Virus record (IMG/VR): IMGVR_UViG_3300027782_000115
Coordinates: 1 to 52,720 of that record
Source of the DNA: a virus
Lineage: Duplodnaviria; Caudoviricetes
Length of the DNA stretch: 52,720 nucleotides
Reading direction: 5' to 3' (one strand)
In this document: positions 1 through 7,274 of the stretch, in pieces
Layout of the letters: every line of letters starts with the position of its first letter
How positions within the stretch are numbered: the first letter of the stretch is position 1
Notes under the pieces: generated by a model
What the model saw: the letters and a program-made list of their open reading frames with translations, nothing else
Database searches by the model: none
Told to the model about the DNA's origin: nothing
Translations under genes and position numbers: made by a program

Positions 1-672
1 GCTGGCAACCGTGAAGGCGACCGTGGCGTGACATACCGTATGCCAGCTCCGTTGGCTAACCGTTTCATCCACTTGGAAGCCAAGGTAGACTTTGATGACT
101 TCCAAGAGTGGGCTGTGATGAATGCTGTACATCCAGAGGTGTTAGGTTATGTAGGCTTTGCCAAGCAAGACTTGTATGACTTTGATCCTAAGTCGCCCAG
201 CAAGGCTTTCGCAACTCCACGCTCATGGGTGTTCGTCAGCGACTTGCTCAAGGACGAGGACTGCGACAACGACACATTGCACAACTTGGTTGCGGGTGCC
301 GTTGGTGATGGCTTGGCTGTGAAGTTCATGGCTCACCGTAAAATCGCAGGTAAACTGCCCAAGGCAGAAGACATCCTCGACGGCAAGGTCAAGGACTTGC
401 AGGTCAAAGAAGTGTCAGCGATGTACTCCTTGACTGTGAGCCTGTGCTATGAGCTCAAGGACCGTGCAGACAAGAAGACCAAGGGTTGGGACAGTATGGC
501 AGACAACTTCTTCCGCTACATGATGGACTGTTTCCCAACTGAGTTGGTAGTGATGGGTGCTAAGACTGCGCTCACCAACTACGACTTGCCCTTAGACGCA
601 ACAAAGATGAAGAACTTTGACGAGTTCCACAAGCGTTTTGGCAAGTATGTGTTAAGTGCTATGGAGAACTAA
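1..672 (+). CDS. MoxR-like AAA+ ATPase (5' end lies before the window)
   Basis: Frame is open from base 1 (AGNREGDRGVTYRMPAPLANRF, sensor-1/Arg-finger region). TPRSW is sensor-2-like. Adjacent to a VWA protein. Confidence 0.85.
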   Translation, partial: AGNREGDRGVTYRMPAPLANRFIHLEAKVDFDDFQEWAVMNAVHPEVLGYVGFAKQDLYDFDPKSPSKAFATPRSWVFVSDLLKDEDCDNDTLHNLVAGAVGDGLAVKFMAHRKIAGKLPKAEDILDGKVKDLQVKEVSAMYSLTVSLCYELKDRADKKTKGWDSMADNFFRYMMDCFPTELVVMGAKTALTNYDLPLDATKMKNFDEFHKRFGKYVLSAMEN

Positions 673-688
673 CCTCTACTCTGTAGCA

Positions 689-729
689 GGGACGGGAAGC
701 TTCTCAGGGCTTGCCCGTCCATATTTTTT
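689..729 (+). terminator. Intrinsic terminator
   Basis: GGACGGG-AAGC...GCTT-G-CCCGTCC stem followed by ATATTTTTT. Confidence 0.6.
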
Positions 730-731
730 GG

Positions 732-760
732 TTGACAGGTGTGTGTTTTGATGCTATAAT
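732..760 (+). promoter_or_regulatory. sigma70-type early promoter
   Basis: TTGACA-N17-TATAAT with extended -10 TG; AAGGAG RBS downstream. Confidence 0.85.
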
Positions 761-786
761 ATACACATACTAAGGAGAGCGATACA

Positions 787-2004
787 ATGAGCAAAACAGA
801 TCAAACAATCATCGACAAACTGACAACTGCCCGTGTAGGGCTGTTGCTGAAAGCGCCGTTCTTCGGCAACATGGCAACCCGTATGCAATTAGTTGAAGCA
901 GACGAATGGTGCCCCACAGCGGCCACAGACGGTCGCAAGTTCTACTACAATACCAAGTTCGTTGAGAAGCTCAGTGTTAAGAAACTAGAGTTCCTGTTTG
1001 GACACGAGATTTGCCATTGCGTGTTTGATCACTTTGGTCGTGTAGGCTCACGCGATCGTCAGCTTTCTAACATCGCACAAGACTACGCGGTGAACCAGAT
1101 CCTCGTTGACGAGCGTATTGGTGAGAAGATCACTGAAGTTAAGATCTGTTATGACAGCAAGTATCGTGGTTTGGCTTGGGAAGAGATCTATGACATCCTG
1201 TGGGATAAAGCAGAGAAGATCTCTATGCCTGACTTGCTCAAGCAGTTAGGTGACCTGTTAGACGAGCACATCAACGAAGATGGTTCGAGCCCTGGCAAAG
1301 AAGGCGACAAAGAAGGCAAGGGTGGCAAGCCCGGCATGACCAAAGAAGAAGCACAGGCCATCCGTGATGAGATCAAAGAAGCCATGATCCAGAGTGCCGC
1401 GGCAGCAGGTGCAGGCAAGACCCCTGCAGGTATCCAACGCTTGATCAAGAACATGACTGAGCCTAAGATTAGCTGGCGTGACCTTGTACGTCAAGAGATC
1501 CAAAGCATTGTTCGCAACGATTACAGCTTCCAGCGTGTGAATCGCAAGAGTATGCACTCAGGTGCTATACTGCCAGGCATGAAAGAAGCAACTACCATTG
1601 ACGTGGCCATCAGCATTGACATGAGTGGTTCTATTGGTGATGAAGATGCAACTGCATTCCTCAGCGAGATCAAAGGCATCATGGACCAGTATGAAGACTT
1701 CCGCATCAACCTGTGGTGCTTTGACACAGAGATCTACAACTGGAAACAGATCACACACGATGACGCTCATGAGCTTGAGGACTATGAGCCTCAGGGTGGT
1801 GGCGGTACAGACTTCGAAGTCAACTGGACCTTCATGGAAGAGAACGGTATCGCTCCGAAGAAGTTCATCATGTTCACAGACGGCTACCCATGTGGCGGTT
1901 GGGGCAACGAGGATTACTGCGATACAATCTTTATCGTTAAAGGTAACACTTCAGCAGAAGCACCCTTTGGTCAGACTGTGATCTATGAAAAAGAGGCAGC
2001 ATGA
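787..2004 (+). CDS. DUF2201-type metallopeptidase + VWA domain protein (MoxR partner)
   Basis: TAATDG, HEICH (HExxH), MIDAS DMSGS, GGGGTDF and FTDGY motifs. Confidence 0.85.
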   Translation: MSKTDQTIIDKLTTARVGLLLKAPFFGNMATRMQLVEADEWCPTAATDGRKFYYNTKFVEKLSVKKLEFLFGHEICHCVFDHFGRVGSRDRQLSNIAQDYAVNQILVDERIGEKITEVKICYDSKYRGLAWEEIYDILWDKAEKISMPDLLKQLGDLLDEHINEDGSSPGKEGDKEGKGGKPGMTKEEAQAIRDEIKEAMIQSAAAAGAGKTPAGIQRLIKNMTEPKISWRDLVRQEIQSIVRNDYSFQRVNRKSMHSGAILPGMKEATTIDVAISIDMSGSIGDEDATAFLSEIKGIMDQYEDFRINLWCFDTEIYNWKQITHDDAHELEDYEPQGGGGTDFEVNWTFMEENGIAPKKFIMFTDGYPCGGWGNEDYCDTIFIVKGNTSAEAPFGQTVIYEKEAA

Positions 2005-2073
2005 TTGGAGTGCCAGGGGATGTGGCAGGTTAGCCACAGGCCCCGCTGCTTACGTGTGCGTACAACCTATCGG

Positions 2074-2102
2074 TTGACATCTAGGTATATTGGTGTTATA
2101 AT
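2074..2102 (+). promoter_or_regulatory. sigma70-type early promoter
   Basis: TTGACA-N17-TATAAT. Confidence 0.85.
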
Positions 2103-2133
2103 AAACACATAACAACAGAGCAAGGAGCGAAAG

Positions 2134-2271
2134 ATGGAAATGATAATTGCATTTGTAGTAGGTCTCATAGTGATGGATGTGTTGTGGGCATGGCGCCTAG
2201 GCATTCCCCAGATGCTGTGGTATCGCTTTAAGAATCGTAACAACCCCCAACCCGAAATTGATCAGGAGTAA
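2134..2271 (+). CDS. Small membrane protein, 45 aa (not in ORF track)
   Basis: AAGGAG RBS; MEMIIAFVVGLIVMDVLWAW... hydrophobic N-terminus. Confidence 0.65.
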   Translation: MEMIIAFVVGLIVMDVLWAWRLGIPQMLWYRFKNRNNPQPEIDQE

Positions 2272-2273
2272 TC

Positions 2274-2399
2274 ATGAGTCATATTATAGCATTCTTCCTC
2301 GGTATCTTTGTAGCAACTGTGGGCATCACAGGCGTGGCCAGTGTGGCTGACAGAGGTGTTACCCAAGTTCAACAAGTGATGAAAGAGGCTGCACAATGA
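2274..2399 (+). CDS. Small membrane protein, 41 aa (not in ORF track)
   Basis: AGGAG RBS; MSHIIAFFLGIFVATVGITG... Confidence 0.65.
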   Translation: MSHIIAFFLGIFVATVGITGVASVADRGVTQVQQVMKEAAQ

Positions 2400-2560
2400 G
2401 CGATCTAGCCTATGACATCGAGCAACTGTACATCGAGGGACACACACCTAGGATGATAGCAATCATGCTGGAGTGCCCCATCGAACAGGTCTTGGGCTGG
2501 TTGCAGGAAGTTGGTGTAGAAGCCGAAGACCACAGCCCGTATGCCACTGTAAACAGCTGA
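2396..2560 (+). CDS. Small protein, 54 aa, possible HTH (not in ORF track)
   Basis: ATGA coupling at the start; stop overlaps the next ATG (TGATG). MSDLAYDIEQLYIEGHTPRMIAIMLECPIEQVLGWL resembles an HTH pattern. Confidence 0.65.
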   Translation: MSDLAYDIEQLYIEGHTPRMIAIMLECPIEQVLGWLQEVGVEAEDHSPYATVNS

Positions 2561-2886
2561 TGAGCAAACTGGAGTACCTAGCTCGGCCAATGGTACCCTT
2601 TGATCCTTACAACAAGGATCATCGACGCTACTATGCAGCTTATCTAGAGTCGGGTGGTTGGGGGGCCTGTCCTGTAAGGTTTATCTGCCCTGAGGACAAC
2701 GGCGACAACCTGCCCAGCATGATCAAGAACAGTCTCATCGCGTGGTATGTTGAGAGCGAGTTCGGCGACGGCAAGCTGGCTAAAGAACGATCTAAGTCGT
2801 TGAAACTGAACGCTGACAGACTGTACAAGGAAGCTGGACAGATGCGCAAAGAAGCAGAGAGCCTGCTGAAACCCAGACGATCGTAG
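2560..2886 (+). CDS. Hypothetical protein, 108 aa
   Basis: Start re-assigned to MSKLEY, coupled to the upstream stop (TGATG). Confidence 0.7.
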   Translation: MSKLEYLARPMVPFDPYNKDHRRYYAAYLESGGWGACPVRFICPEDNGDNLPSMIKNSLIAWYVESEFGDGKLAKERSKSLKLNADRLYKEAGQMRKEAESLLKPRRS

Positions 2887-2903
2887 GGTCTTTCACAGAT
2901 TGG

Positions 2904-2932
2904 TTGACAGATTGGCTGTTCGGTGTTATACT
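2904..2932 (+). promoter_or_regulatory. sigma70-type early promoter
   Basis: TTGACA-N17-TATACT. Confidence 0.8.
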
Positions 2933-2961
2933 ATGGGTATAGTGAATAACAAGGAGCTGAA

Positions 2962-3342
2962 ATGAACGAATTCAAAAACTGGGAAGAGATGAGCACACTA
3001 GAGCAGTATGCTTGTCAGTACTGGGATATGCACAAGGATGCATATGGCGTTCGTCCACGCGGTATCGATACCAGCAGCTGGACCGAGGCTGACTTTGAAA
3101 TGGAGTTTGCCAGTCTAGGTGCTGTGATCCAGCAAGAAGAGGTTGTTCGCTGTGCCGCAGAGACTGAGGCCGTTCGCGGCTTTGAGATGCGAGTGCAGAG
3201 AATCTTAGCCTGCGGTGCTAAGGATCGGGCAATGGCCCTGCGTTGGATTCATGAGGCAGAAGGCACCAACGGTGACGACGAGTTCCTCTGTTGGACAGTA
3301 GGCTTGCCCTACCGTTATTTTGTAGATAACACGAAAGGCTAA
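2962..3342 (+). CDS. Hypothetical phage protein
   Basis: ORF with AAGGAG RBS after a promoter. Confidence 0.75.
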   Translation: MNEFKNWEEMSTLEQYACQYWDMHKDAYGVRPRGIDTSSWTEADFEMEFASLGAVIQQEEVVRCAAETEAVRGFEMRVQRILACGAKDRAMALRWIHEAEGTNGDDEFLCWTVGLPYRYFVDNTKG

Positions 3343-3344
3343 CG

Positions 3345-3575
3345 ATGAAGAAGTTCAAGTTCCTCATGAGTCGTACCAGTCTTATCGAAGAATCCTACTG
3401 GGTCGAAGCTGACTCAGAAGAAGAAGCCATGGAACTGGGGTTTGACGGTGAAGTTGACAACAGCGAGCCGGCCTATCGCAGATGGATTGACTATACCGAC
3501 GACGAATGGAGTATAGATGAGAAAGAATGCATTGACCCTTTGTATGTCATGGTCAAAGACTATCAACCAGGTTGA
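3345..3575 (+). CDS. Acidic hypothetical protein
   Basis: ORF with AAAGG RBS; stop lies inside the next -35 box. Confidence 0.7.
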   Translation: MKKFKFLMSRTSLIEESYWVEADSEEEAMELGFDGEVDNSEPAYRRWIDYTDDEWSIDEKECIDPLYVMVKDYQPG

Positions 3576-3600
3576 CACAGAGACATTTTGGTGTTATAAT
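3572..3600 (+). promoter_or_regulatory. sigma70-type early promoter
   Basis: TTGACA-N17-TATAAT. Confidence 0.85.
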
Positions 3601-3624
3601 ATTAACTTAACTTAAGGAGCGACT

Positions 3625-4257
3625 ATGCCTAATTGGTGTTCAAATCATATTACGGTGCGTGGAGACAATCCCGCAGAGATACAGCGACTAGCGGCTGCAT
3701 TCGCCGACAGTGGACTCTGCAACGCAGTGATCCCAGTGCCGCAAGACCTCACTGACACAGTCAGTGGCCGCCTAGGCAACGGCGACGAACAGAAGGCTTT
3801 GGAAGCCAAGACAGCAGCCAATCTAGAGAAGTATGGATATGGCAACTGGTATGACTATCAGATAGCCAAGTGGGGTACCAAGTGGGATGTCACCTGTGAC
3901 AGCGTAGAGATCGACCAAGACGGTCTTGGATTCAGCGGCAACTTTGACAGTGCCTGGTCACCTCCAGTTCCAATCGCAGAAGCATTGGCTGAACAAGGCT
4001 TTGAAGTCACACTTTACTACTACGAACCCGGTATGGGCTACTGTGGTAAATGGGAAGATGGATTCGATGACTACCACGAGTATAGTGGTGAGACTTCAGC
4101 AACTGTGCGAGCTGCCATCGGCGATGATCTTGATGACATGTTCGGTATCTCAGAATCCATCGCTGAATACGAAGCTGAGAATCCAGAGGAAGAGCTCACA
4201 GAGTGGATCAAAGACGGAGTTGAGAAGAACAACAAACTGGGATTGATCACAGAATGA
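3625..4257 (+). CDS. DUF1281/YubB ferredoxin-like domain protein
   Basis: MPNWCxN, WYDY..KWGTKWD, FDSAWSPP and YYEPG motifs. Confidence 0.75.
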   Translation: MPNWCSNHITVRGDNPAEIQRLAAAFADSGLCNAVIPVPQDLTDTVSGRLGNGDEQKALEAKTAANLEKYGYGNWYDYQIAKWGTKWDVTCDSVEIDQDGLGFSGNFDSAWSPPVPIAEALAEQGFEVTLYYYEPGMGYCGKWEDGFDDYHEYSGETSATVRAAIGDDLDDMFGISESIAEYEAENPEEELTEWIKDGVEKNNKLGLITE

Positions 4258-4430
4258 GAACCTACACCTTTACTTTTACCGTGAGCTGCCAAGGATCAGG
4301 ATCCCCGGATCTCGCCAGGGTAGAAGAGATGATTGATCTCAGCATGCAGGATCTGGTCTTCGATGACGAGTTCGTTGCTGCCCTTGATGAACAGGAGGCT
4401 GTGACCATACAGGTTAATTTGGTAAAATGA
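4254..4430 (+). CDS. Acidic hypothetical protein, 58 aa (not in ORF track)
   Basis: ATGA overlap; MRTYTFTFTVSCQGSGSPDLARVEEMID... Confidence 0.65.
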   Translation: MRTYTFTFTVSCQGSGSPDLARVEEMIDLSMQDLVFDDEFVAALDEQEAVTIQVNLVK

Positions 4431-4434
4431 ATGG

Positions 4435-4463
4435 TTGACGCTGAATCAAATCGGTGCTATACT
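4435..4463 (+). promoter_or_regulatory. sigma70-type early promoter
   Basis: TTGACG-N17-TATACT with extended -10. Confidence 0.75.
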
Positions 4464-4525
4464 AATAACATGCTGAAGAATTGGCATACACTTTAAACAC
4501 ACATAGAGAAAAAGGAAATAGTAAA

Positions 4526-4828
4526 ATGAGTACAGATAAGAAATTTGCAGTTGTAGGCGTCTCAACACACGAAGGCAAGACCAAGGTTCGGTTTGCCAAT
4601 GACACAATGCGTGTGAAGATCCTGCAGAAGAACGGTCACACTGATGTGGACATCGTAGAGCTGCCCACAGAGATGACCAAGGCTGAAGCCGTTCAGCACT
4701 TGAAGAGCACAGGCTTCGGCAAGGGCAACTCAGCTATCGAAGCTGCTCTGGCCTACGCTGAGAAGAAGAATCCAGTCTCCGTGACTGCCAAGAACTCCGC
4801 TGTAAAGGCAGAGACTGTTACCGCGTAA
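4526..4828 (+). CDS. Hypothetical protein, 100 aa
   Basis: Start MSTDKK after AAAGGA; followed by a terminator. Confidence 0.75.
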   Translation: MSTDKKFAVVGVSTHEGKTKVRFANDTMRVKILQKNGHTDVDIVELPTEMTKAEAVQHLKSTGFGKGNSAIEAALAYAEKKNPVSVTAKNSAVKAETVTA

Positions 4829-4858
4829 ATCCGACTCGCTCCCGGTACGGTGACCTTG

Positions 4859-4891
4859 GAGACCCTATGTAATGTAGGGTCTCTTTTTTTT
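4859..4891 (+). terminator. Intrinsic terminator
   Basis: GAGACCCTA...TAGGGTCTC stem + T8. Confidence 0.85.
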
Positions 4892-4893
4892 GG

Positions 4894-4922
4894 TTGACAG
4901 ATTGGACATTGTGCGTTATAAT
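4894..4922 (+). promoter_or_regulatory. sigma70-type early promoter
   Basis: TTGACA-N17-TATAAT. Confidence 0.85.
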
Positions 4923-4949
4923 AGCTACTTACACACACAGGAGCACACG

Positions 4950-5201
4950 ATGTTAACACAATGCATAGCATACGCTAAACTAGTTTACAACAAAAAATTA
5001 AATGCCTATAAAATGCAAATTGCATTTAATGTACACAAAGAGTTAGTGGGCACTAACTACAAAATGCGTTTTCCTGTACAAGCAAAATGCAACTATGTTA
5101 GTGGGGACTTACTTGCAGAAGATTTACAAAGTGAAGTGCAACGCACTATTGCAACAGCAAGCAAGCACCTGCGTACAACTAATATTGTAATAGTAGAGTA
5201 A
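4950..5201 (+). CDS. Hypothetical protein, 83 aa
   Basis: AGGAG RBS; start MLTQCIAY. Confidence 0.7.
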   Translation: MLTQCIAYAKLVYNKKLNAYKMQIAFNVHKELVGTNYKMRFPVQAKCNYVSGDLLAEDLQSEVQRTIATASKHLRTTNIVIVE

Positions 5202-5214
5202 AGCATAGGGCTAT

Positions 5215-5254
5215 TAGCACACTACTTGCATTTTGGACAGTAGTGTGCTATAAT
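5215..5254 (+). promoter_or_regulatory. Hairpin promoter copy 1
   Basis: TTGCAT(5226)-N17-TATAAT(5249) inside a 12-bp inverted repeat TAGCACACTACT/AGTAGTGTGCTA. Confidence 0.8.
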
Positions 5255-5279
5255 AACAACTTAGCAACAAAGGAACACA

Positions 5280-5438
5280 ATGCAAGACTTACAAGCACAA
5301 AAACAGCGTTTAGACAGTTTAATGTTTAGCGTACAAATTTTGCTAGACGAAATGGGTTTAGACGACGCATACACTGTGCAAAGTGCGTTTAATGCGTTAG
5401 CTTGTGCAGTAGACGAAGCTACAAGCGACAGCTACTAA
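5280..5438 (+). CDS. Acidic hypothetical protein, 52 aa (not in ORF track)
   Basis: AAGGA RBS; MQDLQAQKQRLDSLMFSVQILLDEMGLDD...; no Pro, all Ser codons AGY. Confidence 0.7.
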   Translation: MQDLQAQKQRLDSLMFSVQILLDEMGLDDAYTVQSAFNALACAVDEATSDSY

Positions 5439-5461
5439 TAACACTACAGCGTAAGGGTTAT

Positions 5462-5501
5462 TAGCACACTACTTGCATTTTGGACAGTAGTGTGCTATAA
5501 T
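5462..5501 (+). promoter_or_regulatory. Hairpin promoter copy 2
   Basis: Identical to copy 1 over the inverted repeat and the -10 box. Confidence 0.8.
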
Positions 5502-5532
5502 AAGTTTTTAAACAATGCAATAGGAGCACACA

Positions 5533-5910
5533 ATGCAAGCAACGACATTTAATGTTAGCGACAAGCTGACACTAGCAGGTACAGAGACTAACACAGACAG
5601 CATTAGCACAACATACGACTGCAATGTACTAGTGCAACTTGCGGGCGACAGTATATGGGACTGCGAGCTAGAGGCAGTTACAGTTACAAGCATACACATA
5701 CACGAGCAATGGTGGGACGAATTGGAAGGCGATAGTAGCATACACATTACAGTGTGCTACACAGTTAACGGCGACACAGAGTACGAGGGCAGTTGGAGAC
5801 TGTACACAGACAGCGGCTTTGTAGATGCGATTAGTACACTGCTAGGAACAGAGGTTATGTTTACAGAGCAGGGTATGCAAGACAACGGCTATGCTAGCAT
5901 GGAGCTGTAA
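5533..5910 (+). CDS. Very acidic hypothetical protein, 125 aa
   Basis: AGGAG RBS; about 22 D/E against 2 K/R; no Pro. Confidence 0.75.
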   Translation: MQATTFNVSDKLTLAGTETNTDSISTTYDCNVLVQLAGDSIWDCELEAVTVTSIHIHEQWWDELEGDSSIHITVCYTVNGDTEYEGSWRLYTDSGFVDAISTLLGTEVMFTEQGMQDNGYASMEL

Positions 5911-5931
5911 CACTACAACGTGTAGGGTCTT

Positions 5932-5970
5932 TAGCACACACTTGCATTTTGGACAAGTGTGTGCTATAAT
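5932..5970 (+). promoter_or_regulatory. Hairpin promoter copy 3
   Basis: TTGCAT(5942)-N17-TATAAT(5965) inside a 13-bp inverted repeat TAGCACACACTTG/CAAGTGTGTGCTA. Confidence 0.8.
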
Positions 5971-5997
5971 AAGTTTTTAAACAGTAAAAGGAAACAC

Positions 5998-6180
5998 ATG
6001 TCTAGACATCATTTAGTAGTATTTGCAAACTATTGCAGAGACACAGGCTTTACGCTTGTAGAGGCCGTTAAGTACGTGGGAGACAACTTAGAGACAGACG
6101 CAATTGACGACGAGATCGCGTATGCATATGAGGCAACATACGAAGAGCTTATGCAGTTTGTAGAGACCCAGACAGCGTAA
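5998..6180 (+). CDS. Acidic hypothetical protein, 60 aa
   Basis: AAGGA RBS; start MSRHHL. Confidence 0.7.
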   Translation: MSRHHLVVFANYCRDTGFTLVEAVKYVGDNLETDAIDDEIAYAYEATYEELMQFVETQTA

Positions 6181-6216
6181 GGGTCTTTGGGGCTACCGGC
6201 CCCGCTGCTTAAGGGG

Positions 6217-6245
6217 TTGACAGTTTGGCCTAAAGGCAGTATAAT
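6217..6245 (+). promoter_or_regulatory. sigma70-type early promoter
   Basis: TTGACA-N17-TATAAT. Confidence 0.85.
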
Positions 6246-6269
6246 AAACACATACACACAGGAGCAGAC

Positions 6270-6560
6270 ATGAACATCAGTCAAGTCAATCAGGCCATCA
6301 TGCATGGCAACTTCACCAACGATGAACTCAGTTCGATCATAGATGCGGTCAAGTATGGCCGGGCTCGACTCACACGAGAAGTCAAGCGAGGCCTGGCTGT
6401 GGGAGACAATGTGAACTTCACCAGCACCAAACTGGGACGCAACGTCACAGGAGTGATCACCAAGATCGCTATCAAGTATGTCACGGTTAAGACTGTGAAT
6501 GGCCTGTGGCGAGTGCCTGCGAACATGCTCTCCAAGATCGAAACCCCAGAGTTCGCATAA
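6270..6560 (+). CDS. Hypothetical protein, possible SH3/KOW-like C-terminus
   Basis: AGGAG RBS; LAVGDNVNF...GVITKI...WRVP pattern. Confidence 0.75.
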   Translation: MNISQVNQAIMHGNFTNDELSSIIDAVKYGRARLTREVKRGLAVGDNVNFTSTKLGRNVTGVITKIAIKYVTVKTVNGLWRVPANMLSKIETPEFA

Positions 6561-6562
6561 AT

Positions 6563-6952
6563 ATGGACATGATAGAAACTGTGCTGATCTTGGTGGTGGT
6601 GTTCTGGTTAGGTTACCAGACGGCCGCTAGATTCCATCGAAATATCTTCCGTGAGATCCTAAAGGAACTAGGAGTGACCGAACGGCAACTGAATGATCTC
6701 ATGCTGCGACAGCAGCAACAGTTGGCCGGCCTGACCCCCCAAGAACCCACTGCAGAGCTTGATGTGGTCGAAGTAAGGTTGGAACAGATGGGCGATGTGA
6801 TCTATGCTTATCGCAAGAGCGACGATCAGTTCCTAGGTCAAGGCTGTGATCGAGACAGCTTGATCCAGCGTTTGAACCAGAACCTCACTTCATGCAAGTT
6901 GGTGGTTGATGTGGACGACGGCGCTGATCTGTTGCGAAAAAACAACACCTAA
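6563..6952 (+). CDS. Membrane-anchored hypothetical protein (start 6563 or 6569)
   Basis: N-terminal TM segment VLILVVVFWLGY; ATAAATA motif 5 nt before the ATG at 6569. Confidence 0.7.
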   Translation: MDMIETVLILVVVFWLGYQTAARFHRNIFREILKELGVTERQLNDLMLRQQQQLAGLTPQEPTAELDVVEVRLEQMGDVIYAYRKSDDQFLGQGCDRDSLIQRLNQNLTSCKLVVDVDDGADLLRKNNT

Positions 6953-6957
6953 TTTGG

Positions 6958-6986
6958 TTGACAGATTGGGTGTTCAGTGTTACAAT
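6958..6986 (+). promoter_or_regulatory. sigma70-type promoter, probably leaderless transcript
   Basis: TTGACA-N17-TACAAT; ATG 6 nt after the -10 box with no SD. Confidence 0.75.
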
Positions 6987-6992
6987 ACACAC

Positions 6993-7223
6993 ATGAACAA
7001 AACAAATGAACTTCTACAATGGACAGGTGCTGTAGCCATAGTGCTAGGGCACATTCTCAACGCTGTAGGTCCTGCAGCTTATCCCTATAACATCATCGTG
7101 TTTGCTGTAGGCACAGTGCTGTTCTTAACATGGGCATTCCGCGTTAAGAACCGCCCGCAGCTGATGGTTAATGTGATTTCATTAGCCATAGGACTTGTAG
7201 GGTTATTGAGAGCAGTTGGTTGA
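6993..7223 (+). CDS. Small 3-TM membrane protein, 76 aa
   Basis: Three hydrophobic segments; start MNKTNELLQW. Confidence 0.7.
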   Translation: MNKTNELLQWTGAVAIVLGHILNAVGPAAYPYNIIVFAVGTVLFLTWAFRVKNRPQLMVNVISLAIGLVGLLRAVG

Positions 7224-7248
7224 CAGATTGGCAGTTTGAGCATATAAT
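7220..7248 (+). promoter_or_regulatory. sigma70-type promoter of the ncRNA-tRNA unit
   Basis: TTGACA-N17-TATAAT with no ORF or RBS downstream. Confidence 0.85.
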
Positions 7249-7274
7249 AGAAACAAGAAGAAAGAAAAAGCAAG

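Noticed and set aside
5204-5990. Three near-identical ~45-nt repeats as a CRISPR array
   Set aside because: The intervals are 200-430 nt and contain RBS-led ORFs; the repeats are promoters; no cas genes are present
4884-6000. General palindrome avoidance or simple AT-richness as the cause of the island
   Set aside because: TGCA, GTAC, AGCT and CTAG are frequent there, C is common after purines, and the more AT-rich glycan cluster has many TC/CC
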